From: an uncultured delta proteobacterium
GTDB taxonomy: Bacteria; Desulfobacterota; RBG-13-43-22
Reading direction: 5' to 3'
Length of the DNA stretch: 64,000 nucleotides
NCBI GenBank assembly: GCA_963790475.1
Contig: CAWBOS010000012.1
Location: forward strand, 1,120,001-1,184,000
In this document: positions 53,571 through 62,494 of the stretch, piece after piece
Layout: the number at the start of each line of letters is the position of its first letter
How positions within the stretch are numbered: the first letter of the stretch is position 1
The notes under the pieces: generated by a model
Told to the model about the DNA's origin: nothing
Seen by the model: only the letters and a program-made list of their open reading frames with translations
Database searches by the model: none
Translations under genes and position numbers: made by a program

Positions 53571-56408
53571 TTACAAATCCATCTTGAAGCTGAAATTCAC
53601 AAAGCCGTCTCCATCCCGAACCTTCCATCCTGTCTGAATGACGAATTCAATGGGCAGGACGGCGAGCAGAACGAACTTGTTGGTCAATGTCGCCCCAATA
53701 GTTGTCCTGGCCTTTCCGTTCCAGGAATCCCAGTCAAATCCGCCGTCCCAGCCGGCACCATAGTCTACAAAAAGAGAGCCTTTCAAGAGGTTGCTGTGAT
53801 AGGCATAGAGGCCATATCCGCTATCAGTATAAAGGATCGGAAAATGGTACTCGGCACTCAGGAGAAGATTATTCCTTTTATCAAGGTTGCCCTCGGTGTC
53901 GGTGTCAGAGTACCCCCGCGGGAGACTCGGGGTTTTGCTGTAAAAAAGCAGGCCCTCCTGGGACTGTTGGGTCATGGTCAGGGCCAGGCCCTGGTGTTTT
54001 AAATAAGAGGGGATATACTGGGTGGCGGAAACAACCAGATTGTAGCCGGGGAGCTTCCCGCCCAAGCCGGACAGCCCCTTTTCATAAGAAAGGAAAAAGT
54101 CTTCCCCCCAGGAAGACACCATATCCCTTGATGCCGAATCCGGCCTTCTGGACAACTTCACCTCGCCAAAGAGTCCGACCGATTGATCCGCATCATCGCT
54201 TATCCGAACTTTATCAGCGAGGCTGTTGAAATACCGCAACCTGGACCCGATCCGTAACGAGAAAGTAATGAGGTCAGGTACGGCCCGAGGAATGATATTA
54301 AGTCCTGCGGAAAATTCAGCGCCCCTTTCCCGGAACCAGAAAGTCTCGACCTGGCCGACAGTATTCCCTTCAACGGAAGTGTCATAGATCCTGGCCGACA
54401 AAATGGGCCAGAAGGATTTATTGGTCAGGTTTATATCATACCCGGGCCTGCCGGAGTTAAACCCGTAAAGCAGATTCACCGAATAGACGTTTATTCCAAC
54501 TGGGTCCGCCCCCATGAGGTATAGTCCGGACTGAACCCCTTTTTCATCAGAGCTGAGATAAGGGATGTGGACAAAAGGCTTATAGGCCTCAAGGGGGATC
54601 CCTTTGGTCCCGGTAAAGGTGACCTCCGGCTGCAGAAGTTTTAGGTCCGGATGTTCGATGGCCGACGGTTCTTCCACTTCGACGGGTTTCCCTGATAGGG
54701 GGGTGAAAGGTAGAATACGAAGTTGTTTTATGCCCCTGGTCAGGAAGGAAAACGACAGCGTCTTCCCATCCGGCGATAAATGGGGATCGCCGGCCACGTA
54801 GGGGACTGAGGTTAACTGGAATAGCTTTTTCCCGGCCAGGTTCCAGGCATAGATGTTCCAGATTCCACTGCGGTCCGAGGAGAAGATGATCCATCGCCCA
54901 TCCGAGGAAAATTCCGGGTCCTGGTCTTCGGCCAGATCGGATTTGAATAGGAGTTCCATGGCGCCGGTCACAGGATCCACCAGGACGATATCGGAATTTC
55001 TTCCGCTCTTGACCACTGCGGCTATGCGGGAACCGTCGGGAGACCAGCAGGGTGCATCGAAATACAGGCCCGGTTTGGAGACAAGAGGCCGGAGGTTTGT
55101 CCCATCCGCATCGAGAAGCACCAGGTCGATCCACATGCCGTTCCGGCGGGTGGCGACAAAAGTCTTACCGTCCGGGGAAAGGGCCGCGGAATAGATATGC
55201 CGGGACCTGGTAAGACGATTATGTGCCTTGGTCATCGGATCATAGATCACCAGGTCCGTGGTATCGATGGTCTTCTCCCCCAGGGGATGATAAAAAACTT
55301 CGGGCAGAAGAAGTCGCCCGTCAGGGAGCCTCCGGGCGGAGAGATTGGTCAGAAGACCGGTTTTAATCTCCCTGATTATTTTTCCCGTATTCGGGTTGAC
55401 CTCTACCAGGGCAGTCTTCCGGTCATAGCCTCGCCTGAGGGCGGTAATGGTCCCCTTTTCCGTCCAGAAATGCGATTCAAAACTGTCCAGGGCCTGATCA
55501 TCGGTAAGAACAATCTTGCCCGAAGGAAGACCTTCTGAAAGGGCCTCTTTTTTGATAAGGCCTGACCGGGCCAGATAATCGCTTAAAAAATCCTGATAGA
55601 ACTGCTGCGGCGATTTCCCGACCACTTTTTGAAGGGCCTCGGTCGTTCCCCCCAAAGGATGCTCGGCCTGGTATCTGCTCATCCTGACAAAGGCATCCTG
55701 GCCATAAGTGCGGTTCAGAAACTCCACCATGTGGTACCCGGCCAGATAAATTCTTTCGCCCGGGGGGGCATAGGGAGAGGCCACAGCGGCGGAATTGAGG
55801 TTCCAGAGACCGGGACCTTCGGTGAAAGACCGCATTTCACCCTCAAAGAGAGGAGATCGACCGCGGCCTCCGTCGGTGAACAGGGTCTCTGTGTTGGTGG
55901 TGATCCCCTCTGTTACCCATCCCGGGGATAGAATGTTCGATACGGCCAGTCCCTTACCCAGGATGTCGGTCAAACCTCCATACCAGCCCAGACTGGTCGT
56001 GATATGGACATAATGGGTGTATTCATGGCTAAAGACCAGGTCCATGAGGTCCGATCCCGGACCGAAACCCCGTAGAGAATAGAGCGGTGTCTCATACAGG
56101 GATATCCTGCTGGGGAATAGGGACAGGTACCCGTTGAAAATGTCCGTGCCGGGGTCCAAAACGATCGGGCAGGCATGGGGCTCAAAGCCCAGATAACCAG
56201 TGATATCCTTATGGACCTTCTCACAGAGTGCGAGTACACGCTGGGCCGCAAGTTCGTGCCCTTTGGGGTAGTAGATAATAAAGTGGTCCGTTCGTACAGT
56301 GGACCATTGATACGCGGGGTCGTAGCGGGCAGAAGCCGGAAATGGGGAAAGGAGCATTATGGCCGCCCAGACCAACAAACCCGGCAAGTTCATTTTTCCG
56401 GATCCCAT
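53571..56408 (-). CDS. Large exported/outer-membrane protein: HExxH peptidase-like domain, PD40/TolB propeller and C-terminal beta-barrel-like region
   Basis: Signal peptide; HEYTH...WVTEG; repeated SPDGK/WSPDG/FSSDG motifs; amphipathic strand-rich C-terminus (SLPRGY, AEYHFP, FVDYG). Confidence 0.75.
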   Translation of the reverse strand: MGSGKMNLPGLLVWAAIMLLSPFPASARYDPAYQWSTVRTDHFIIYYPKGHELAAQRVLALCEKVHKDITGYLGFEPHACPIVLDPGTDIFNGYLSLFPSRISLYETPLYSLRGFGPGSDLMDLVFSHEYTHYVHITTSLGWYGGLTDILGKGLAVSNILSPGWVTEGITTNTETLFTDGGRGRSPLFEGEMRSFTEGPGLWNLNSAAVASPYAPPGERIYLAGYHMVEFLNRTYGQDAFVRMSRYQAEHPLGGTTEALQKVVGKSPQQFYQDFLSDYLARSGLIKKEALSEGLPSGKIVLTDDQALDSFESHFWTEKGTITALRRGYDRKTALVEVNPNTGKIIREIKTGLLTNLSARRLPDGRLLLPEVFYHPLGEKTIDTTDLVIYDPMTKAHNRLTRSRHIYSAALSPDGKTFVATRRNGMWIDLVLLDADGTNLRPLVSKPGLYFDAPCWSPDGSRIAAVVKSGRNSDIVLVDPVTGAMELLFKSDLAEDQDPEFSSDGRWIIFSSDRSGIWNIYAWNLAGKKLFQLTSVPYVAGDPHLSPDGKTLSFSFLTRGIKQLRILPFTPLSGKPVEVEEPSAIEHPDLKLLQPEVTFTGTKGIPLEAYKPFVHIPYLSSDEKGVQSGLYLMGADPVGINVYSVNLLYGFNSGRPGYDINLTNKSFWPILSARIYDTSVEGNTVGQVETFWFRERGAEFSAGLNIIPRAVPDLITFSLRIGSRLRYFNSLADKVRISDDADQSVGLFGEVKLSRRPDSASRDMVSSWGEDFFLSYEKGLSGLGGKLPGYNLVVSATQYIPSYLKHQGLALTMTQQSQEGLLFYSKTPSLPRGYSDTDTEGNLDKRNNLLLSAEYHFPILYTDSGYGLYAYHSNLLKGSLFVDYGAGWDGGFDWDSWNGKARTTIGATLTNKFVLLAVLPIEFVIQTGWKVRDGDGFVNFSFKMDL

Positions 56409-56686
56409 AAATCAGCTCATGGCTCCTTTCCCGAGACAGATGGCCCTATTCCCTCCCGGGTCATTTAGTCCGGTGGAACCGTCCCTAGTTGAAGGACTAT
56501 CATAATCCCCTGCATGCCTGTCGTCGTTGCGACCCCGGAAAACTCAGTCTTCGATTCTTCAAGGATGATTGCCGGTCTTCTCCGGCTTCAAATACGTATA
56601 CCCCTTCATCGGATTGGAATTCGGGACGCTCTGGAATGAATTGAATTGATCAAAACAGGGGAGCCGATTGACCCAGGCCACCCTGA

Positions 56687-57016
56687 TTACATCAAATCAT
56701 ATCCCGTTTCCAGCTTGGGAATGCCGGCGATCTTACAGGTTATAATGGGATCCGGAAACTGGATATATTCACAGGCCTTGGGTTGGTGGACGTTGGTACA
56801 GACCGCCCGGACGATGGGGACTGAATTGAATTTCTTATAATATTCTCGGATAAATTTCAAAATTTCCAATTGTTCGCTGTTCATTGGACAGGTTTTGCCG
56901 ACCCCTTCTCTATCGGCCAGGGCACAGGCAACCTTTTCATTCCAGGCATCAAAATTTACCAGATAGCCCTCGTCGTCTACCTTGATATTCATTCCTTCGT
57001 ACTCAAAAGTTGGCAT
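56687..57016 (-). CDS. DsrC/TusE-family protein lacking the C-terminal active Cys
   Basis: VDDEGYL...WNE..A, ILKFIREYY, FP, and CKIAGIPK followed by LETGYDLM* instead of PTGC. Confidence 0.85.
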   Translation of the reverse strand: MPTFEYEGMNIKVDDEGYLVNFDAWNEKVACALADREGVGKTCPMNSEQLEILKFIREYYKKFNSVPIVRAVCTNVHQPKACEYIQFPDPIITCKIAGIPKLETGYDLM

Positions 57017-57154
57017 TTCCCCTCCTCATTTTATGTTGGTTAAGTCGGTCAGCCGTTTCGGCCACTTTTCAATTACCAAATTCAGGACGCTACCCAACTA
57101 AAATAAGAATGGAATGGACATAAGTCAATAAAAAGATTGTTGTATTAAGCAGGA

Positions 57155-57850
57155 TTATTTTTTTTTGAATCTCTTGATGATCTTCGGGATAAAGAGGGAA
57201 AAACTAAACAGCCCTATGGAGAGAAAGACCTTGTCTGAAAAGAGCCGACCCCAATCCCCACCAGCCCAGATTTCTTTAAGGGTACCGATAAAGAAGGTGA
57301 AGACAAAGGTGCCGACGATAATACCCAGCAGGGTTCCCCAAAAATAATCCCGGAAACGGACCCGGGTCAGGCCCATGCCAAAATCCATGGCCGTAAAAGG
57401 AAAGTAAATCAGCCGTAAATAAAGAACAGTGGCAAAACCATTTCGTTCGATGGCCTCGTCATATTTTTTGAGTTTATCCCCGATGACCGTGGCGGCGAAA
57501 TCCCTTCCCAGATATCGGCCTATAAAAAATGTAACCGTGGCCCCCAGAATGGCCCCGGCTAAAACATAGACAAATCCCCAGTAGGCTCCAAAAATCGCCG
57601 CTCCCAAAGCGGTTAAGACGGTGCCGGGCACAAAAAGACAGATGGCCAGGGTATAGATGAGAATAAAAATTACCGGTGCCCAAAAACCCGAAGCATCCAA
57701 GAATTGCTTCATTTTTCCTACCGTCAGGAATTCTTTGATCGGGGTATAACGAACCACATAAACAGCGGCCAGGATGAACATTACCAGTATGGCCGCCTTT
57801 ATCATGGCGCCTTTATGTCGTTTGGTCTTAATCTTTTCTTCTTTTCCCAT
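57155..57850 (-). CDS. TVP38/TMEM64 (VTT/DedA-superfamily) membrane protein, intact copy
   Basis: FVPGTVLTALGAAIFG, FFIGRYLGR and LRLIYFP motifs. Confidence 0.92.
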   Translation of the reverse strand: MGKEEKIKTKRHKGAMIKAAILVMFILAAVYVVRYTPIKEFLTVGKMKQFLDASGFWAPVIFILIYTLAICLFVPGTVLTALGAAIFGAYWGFVYVLAGAILGATVTFFIGRYLGRDFAATVIGDKLKKYDEAIERNGFATVLYLRLIYFPFTAMDFGMGLTRVRFRDYFWGTLLGIIVGTFVFTFFIGTLKEIWAGGDWGRLFSDKVFLSIGLFSFSLFIPKIIKRFKKK

Positions 57851-57963
57851 TTTTCCCTTTAATTTTCCCAAAAACCTCTCAGGATACTAAAAAGAGTTAG
57901 GAATTGTTAAATATTAATATGCACCATTGCTGATTTTGAATTTCTTGCCCAAAGTTTTTTGCA

Positions 57964-58018
57964 GTCATTCCGGCGAAAGCCGGAATCCAGGAATATTAAT
58001 CGTCTTGGAGGAGTGACG
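57964..58018. repeat. REP-like palindrome with a remnant second arm
   Basis: GTCATTCCGGCGAAAGCCGGAATCCAG followed by GGAGTGAC. Confidence 0.7.
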
Positions 58019-58065
58019 GCCTTGGCGCCTTATTCAGATTCTGCCAATTCTAAAATGTCAAAGAC

Positions 58066-59094
58066 CTAAAAGGGGACTGACAATTTATTATCCGCGAAAC
58101 TCCTATTATAATACCGCGACGGGCCATCCCACACGCTCCACTCACTTTCACGGAAGATCCGCTTACAACTCTCAATCGTTTCTCCCCGGCCTTCCTCGGT
58201 CTTTGCCTCAACATCCCGCGGATTCGCGCCGACCTCCGCCCAAAAAAGGTTGGCCCCGGCTATTGCACCCAATGAACACGGCTCGTGGGTGCAGTTGCCC
58301 AATACTGTCCGCGGCATACCCAACCTGGTGACAGCAACGATCTGGGACAGGCGCAGTTCGGAGATCATGCCTCGTGAGGCAATATGAGTTCCGGGAATGG
58401 CTATGCGTCTTCCAGCGCCACTGTATGAAGGCTTGAAGGACCCCGTGAAGAGTATGGCTTCCGCCAGTTCATCGTTCGTATGTTCCGGTCCGACCGGTTC
58501 CACACAGGTTCCCACACCCAGCCCAGCCTCTTGGAAGTTCCGAATGCTGTTCTTTCTCGCGTTTGGCGACAGGGTAGTATCCAACCCTTCCCTCAGGCGA
58601 AGGGCGTGATAAACCCCGGAGTAGCCCGTTTTCTTGATTTGATTGGCATGCTCAAGGGACTGGTCCCCGACATTGGCGATCATCATGGTATCGGACTTCA
58701 AATTACGCCGAATTTCCTGAGAGATCTCGATAAACAATTCGAAGGGGTAGTGCGCGGTGGACATGATGTAAATGGCGTTGGCTCCTTCGGTTTCAAACTG
58801 CTTTGCATAACGGACAGCCTGCTCCGGGCTCAGCCGGGTTTCCTCCTTGAAGATGCCGTTGCTCTGTGCAAATGAACAGAATTGGCAGTTGCAGAGACAA
58901 GGGGCAAGGTTGAGTGCGAGTTGGGCATGCACTTCGGCTTTGTTCTGAGTCAGCTCTTTGGATAGACGATTAGCCTCAGCCATGATCTGGTAGGTTTCCG
59001 GGGAGTCCACGGGATAGCTTAACATCTGTACCAGTTCCAATTTCGTAAAAGGTTCATCCTCACCGGACTTCCGTAAAGAATTTTTGATTTTCAA
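58066..59094 (-). CDS. BioB-like radical SAM protein (copy 2)
   Basis: CLCNCQFC cluster motif, YHALRLREG, TCVEPVGPEH, NCTHEPC and AEVGANPRD; TTG start at 59094. Confidence 0.88.
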   Translation of the reverse strand: MKIKNSLRKSGEDEPFTKLELVQMLSYPVDSPETYQIMAEANRLSKELTQNKAEVHAQLALNLAPCLCNCQFCSFAQSNGIFKEETRLSPEQAVRYAKQFETEGANAIYIMSTAHYPFELFIEISQEIRRNLKSDTMMIANVGDQSLEHANQIKKTGYSGVYHALRLREGLDTTLSPNARKNSIRNFQEAGLGVGTCVEPVGPEHTNDELAEAILFTGSFKPSYSGAGRRIAIPGTHIASRGMISELRLSQIVAVTRLGMPRTVLGNCTHEPCSLGAIAGANLFWAEVGANPRDVEAKTEEGRGETIESCKRIFRESEWSVWDGPSRYYNRSFADNKLSVPF

Positions 59095-59142
59095 TATGGT
59101 CCCCCGTTTCTTTGTCAAAGATATGCGAAAAACCTGCCCCTG

Positions 59143-59291
59143 TCAACGACCGAACAGGCAGCCTAACACCCCTTTCTTTTCCGGTTCCAGCGAGGTCATT
59201 CCGAGATGTTTTTGGATAATATTCTCCAGTTCACCCTCGATCACATCGGCGCCTTCCACCACGATGTCATCATCCACTATGACCGCCGGTC
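59143..59291 (-). pseudogene. 3' remnant of a second thioredoxin-like (TsoC-type) gene
   Basis: PAVIVDDDIVVEG...LEPEKKGVLGCLFGR matches the C-terminus of 60856-61152; the 5' part is deleted. Confidence 0.85.
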
Positions 59292-59710
59292 GCAAAACCA
59301 TTTCGTTCGATGGCCTCGTCATATTTTTTGAGTTTATCCCCGATGACCGTGGCGGCGAAATCCCTTCCCAGATATCGGCCGATAAAAAAGGTAACCGTGG
59401 CCCCAAGGATGGCCCCGGCTAAAACATAGATAAATCCCCAGTAGGCTCCAAAAATCGCTGCTCCCAAAGCGGTTAACACGGTGCCGGGCACAAAAAAGCA
59501 GATCCCCAGGGTATAGATGAGGATAAAAACCAGGGGGGCCCAGAAACCGGAGGTGTTTAAGAAACGTTTCATCTCCTGAAGGGTCAAAAATTCTTTGACC
59601 GGCGTGTACCGAACCACATAAATAGCAGCGACGATGAACAAAACCAGAATCGCTGCTTTTATTACAGCACCACTATGTTGCTTAGCCTTAATTTTTTTTC
59701 CGTTTTCCAT
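59292..59710 (-). pseudogene. TVP38/TMEM64 copy truncated after ...ERNGFAT
   Basis: Near-identical to the first ~140 aa of the intact copy, then joined directly to the TsoC-type remnant. Confidence 0.85.
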
Positions 59711-59768
59711 TTTCTCCCTTTAATCTAACCCAAAGTCCATTCATGCCTTTAACTAAAAGAGTTTAAGT

Positions 59769-60806
59769 TTAAAAAAACTTAACAGATGCCGTTGGTTTAT
59801 TGTGCTCGGAGTCGATGTTGAAAAAACGGGAAGGGCCATCCAGTGCACCCCACTCACTTTCACGGAAGATCCGCTTACAACTCTCAATCGTTTCTCCCCG
59901 GCCTTCCTCAGCCTTTGCCTCAACATCCCGCGGATTCGCGCCGACCTCTGCCCAAAAAAGGTTGGCCCCGGCTATGGCACCCAATGAACACGGCTCGTGG
60001 GTGCAGTTGCCCAATACTGTCCGCGGCATACCCAACCTGGTGACAGCAACGATCTGGGACAGGCGCAGTTCGGAGATCATGCCTCGTGATGCCATTTGCG
60101 TTCCGGGAATGGCGATCCGTCTGGCCGCGCCGCTGAATGAAGGGTTGAAGGATCCCGTAAAGAGGATGGCTTCTGCCAGTTCTTCGTTTGAATGTTCGGG
60201 TCCGACCGGTTCCACACAGGTTCCCACACCCAGCCCAGCCTCTTGAAAGTTCCGAATGCTGTTCTTTCTCGCATCGGGCGAAAGGGTAGTATCCAACCCT
60301 TCCCTCAGGCGGAGAGCGTGATAAACCCCGGAGTAGCCTGTTTCCTTTATTTTTTTAGCCTGCTCAAGGGACTGGTCCCCCACATTGGCGATCATCATCG
60401 TATCGGCCTTCAAATGGCGACGAATTTCCTGAGAGATCTCAATATATAGTTCGAAGGGGTATTGGGCGGTAGACATGATGTATATAGCGTTGGCCCCCCC
60501 GGCTTCAAACTGCTTGGCATAACCGATGGCCTGGTCCGGGCTTAACCGAGTTTCCTCTTGGAAGATGCCGTTGCTCTGGGCAAATGAACAAAATTGGCAG
60601 TTGCAAAGGCAAGGAGCAAGATTAAGCGCGAGTTGGGCATGCACCTCGGCTTGGTTCTGAGTCAACTCTTTGGATAGACGATTCGCCTCGGCCATGATTC
60701 GGTAGTTTTCAGGTGAGTCCGCGGGATAGCTTAACATCTGTACCAGTTCCAATTTCGTAAAAGGTTCATCCTCACCGGACTTCCGTAAGAAATCTTTGAT
60801 TTTCAA
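59769..60806 (-). CDS. BioB-like radical SAM protein (copy 1)
   Basis: Same motifs as 58066-59094; colinear and highly similar apart from the C-terminal tail. Confidence 0.88.
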   Translation of the reverse strand: MKIKDFLRKSGEDEPFTKLELVQMLSYPADSPENYRIMAEANRLSKELTQNQAEVHAQLALNLAPCLCNCQFCSFAQSNGIFQEETRLSPDQAIGYAKQFEAGGANAIYIMSTAQYPFELYIEISQEIRRHLKADTMMIANVGDQSLEQAKKIKETGYSGVYHALRLREGLDTTLSPDARKNSIRNFQEAGLGVGTCVEPVGPEHSNEELAEAILFTGSFNPSFSGAARRIAIPGTQMASRGMISELRLSQIVAVTRLGMPRTVLGNCTHEPCSLGAIAGANLFWAEVGANPRDVEAKAEEGRGETIESCKRIFRESEWGALDGPSRFFNIDSEHNKPTASVKFF

Positions 60807-60855
60807 TATGGTCCCCCTGTTTCTTTGTCAAAGATATGCGAAAAGCCTGCCCCTG

Positions 60856-61152
60856 TCAACGACTGAACAGGCGGCCTAACACCCCTTTTTTTTCAGGCTC
60901 CAGCGACGGCAGCCCAAGATGCGTTCGAATGATATTTTCCAGTTTATCCTCGGCTACATTGGATCCCTCCACAACGACTTCATCGTCGACCATAACCGCC
61001 GGGGCCACGGGCAGCTCCAGTTCAAAATATTCATCTGTATTGTATTCGGATATCGGTTTGGACATTACTTCGACTTCGATATCACACTTTTGGCCCAACC
61101 TGGGCAGCATTTTTTGAAAATTCTTTCAAGGTTTTCCATTAGGTTCGTTCAT
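60856..61152 (-). CDS. tsoC: Thioredoxin-like selenoprotein with NEPxGxxU motif (UGA at 61126-61128); the N-terminus may be clipped
   Basis: ATG AAC GAA CCT AAT GGA AAA CCT TGA AAG is in frame with ORF 60856-61110 (APAVMVDDE); hairpin GCCCA-GGT-TGGGC follows. The symbol comes from recall of the NCBIfam motif name. Confidence 0.75.
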
Positions 61153-61164
61153 AAAACTCAGGAA

Positions 61165-61391
61165 CTAATCCTTCTTGAATTTCTTGATGATCTCCGGAAT
61201 GAATAGGGAAAAAATAAACAGGGCCAACGAAAGAAAACCTTAGGTCCCGGCAATGATTCCCAGGAAGGTCCACCAAAAATAATCCAAAACCGGACCCGGG
61301 TGAGCCCCATGCCTAAATTCATGACCGTAAAAAGGAAGTAAACCAATCGTAAATAGAGGACCGTGTAAAAACCGTTCCTCTCAATGGCTTC
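61165..61391 (-). pseudogene. Degraded 3' fragment of a third TVP38/TMEM64 copy
   Basis: EAIERNGFYTVLYLRLVYFLFTVMNLGMGLTRVRF...IIKKFKKD* with frameshifts. Confidence 0.8.
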
Positions 61392-61701
61392 AAAAGGTCA
61401 AAATCTTATCCGCCTCTTTGGCGATTTCATATAAATCATCCATCCAACCGATGGGGCAACTGCTTGATCCCTCCAGACCGTGGGATTTCATGCAGACCCC
61501 TCAGACATAGAAGTCCCCTCCAAATTGGTTGATCTGCTCCATTACATTGAATTGTTCCGTGCCAGCCTGTTCAAAAAGGACCCCCTTCCCCAGCATGAAC
61601 ACGCTGATTTCATCCCCCTTCTTCACGCCGACGTTAGCCAACCGCATGGCATTATAAATGGACTCTCCATCGTTGGTGGTAATGATAAACAAAAATTTCA
61701 T
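61390..61701 (-). CDS. DsrE-family selenoprotein, UxxC motif (UGA at 61501-61503), 103 aa
   Basis: FYV-TGA-GVCMKSHGLEGSSSCPIGWMDDLYEIAKEADKILTF* completes a canonical DsrE fold; U sits at the conserved CxxC position. Confidence 0.88.
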
Positions 61702-61970
61702 GTTTTGACTCCTTTCAAAATTTTACCCGCCAGAAAAATATCCATTTTATCCTTATCGGTTGCAATATCGATGGGCACCAATTCATTTTCAAAAATTACA
61801 TTGGTCGAACTTTTAAATTGATACTTTTTTGCTTCCTCCGAGTCTGTGGTGTAGAAATTTAATTTTAATTGTTCTCCATACTTTTCTTCCATCGCTTTAG
61901 CCACACCTATGGCCTTTTTGCAAGTCATTCAGGCCGGGTTTCCGCTTTGAAAAACAATTAACCTTCTCAT
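61698..61970 (-). CDS. tsoX: Thioredoxin-like selenoprotein, SGNPxUxxC motif (UGA at 61929-61931), 90 aa
   Basis: AGGAGG SD, then MRRLIVFQSGNPA-TGA-MTCKKA in frame with ORF 61698-61928; ATGA overlap with the DsrE gene. The symbol comes from recall of the NCBIfam motif name. Confidence 0.85.
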
Positions 61971-62022
61971 AACCAACGACCTCCTACTGATTATTATTTA
62001 ATCTCTGAAGAATCCTTCTCTT

Positions 62023-62478
62023 TTAAATCCTTCCTTCCCGCTGAAGCTTGGTCATCAGGAAGTTTGCTCCGGATCGTGACATTCCAAGGAACTCCGCCAA
62101 TTGAACCGGGTCCGTTATTCGATCGGTCCTGAAGGCCGCAACTACTTCCTCTTCTACTTCGTCCAGCCAGTTTTCAAACAGCCCCAGAATTTCTGGTTCG
62201 GCCACCCCTTTAAGCTGTTTGGACTGAAAGACCTTATCCACCAGACTCTGGCACATGTGCGTCGGATCGACACCTTCGTCCATGCACTCGGCCAGTCAGA
62301 GGTGGACCAAGCTGGAAACCTTATCCGTATCAGCATCTCCTATCAGATTCATTACAAAATCCAAAGGGACCTGTTCCTCAATAAGGGGGAAGATCTTTTT
62401 AATGATAGAGGCCATCTCCTTCAAAGCTTCTTCTGGCGCCAACTGATCGATGATTTGTTGTAGAGTTTTATTTTCCAT
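62023..62478 (-). CDS. tsoA: Selenoprotein with LULAxC motif (UGA at 62296-62298) and a C-terminal HTH-like end, 151 aa
   Basis: GGAGG SD; MENK...SSLVHL-TGA-LAECMDEGVDPTHMCQ joins two ORF-track ORFs in one frame. The symbol comes from recall of the NCBIfam motif name. Confidence 0.85.
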
Positions 62479-62494
62479 ACCATCCTCCCCTTGA

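Noticed and set aside
56406-56430. ATG-AGC-TGA in frame upstream of the large outer-membrane gene as a fifth Sec codon
   Set aside because: It would lie in a signal-peptide region, has no Cys partner and no GGU-loop hairpin at the usual spacing, and the SD spacing to that ATG is too short.
58066-60806. Naming the radical SAM pair bioB
   Set aside because: No YNHNLDT-type BioB signature and no biotin genes nearby; only fold-level similarity is supported.
61390-62478. Genetic code 4/25 (TGA = Trp/Gly) as the explanation of the in-frame TGAs
   Set aside because: TGA is the normal stop of many genes here (prfA, rpmE, kdsD, carD) and Trp is encoded by TGG. The in-frame TGAs are confined to Cys-type motifs.
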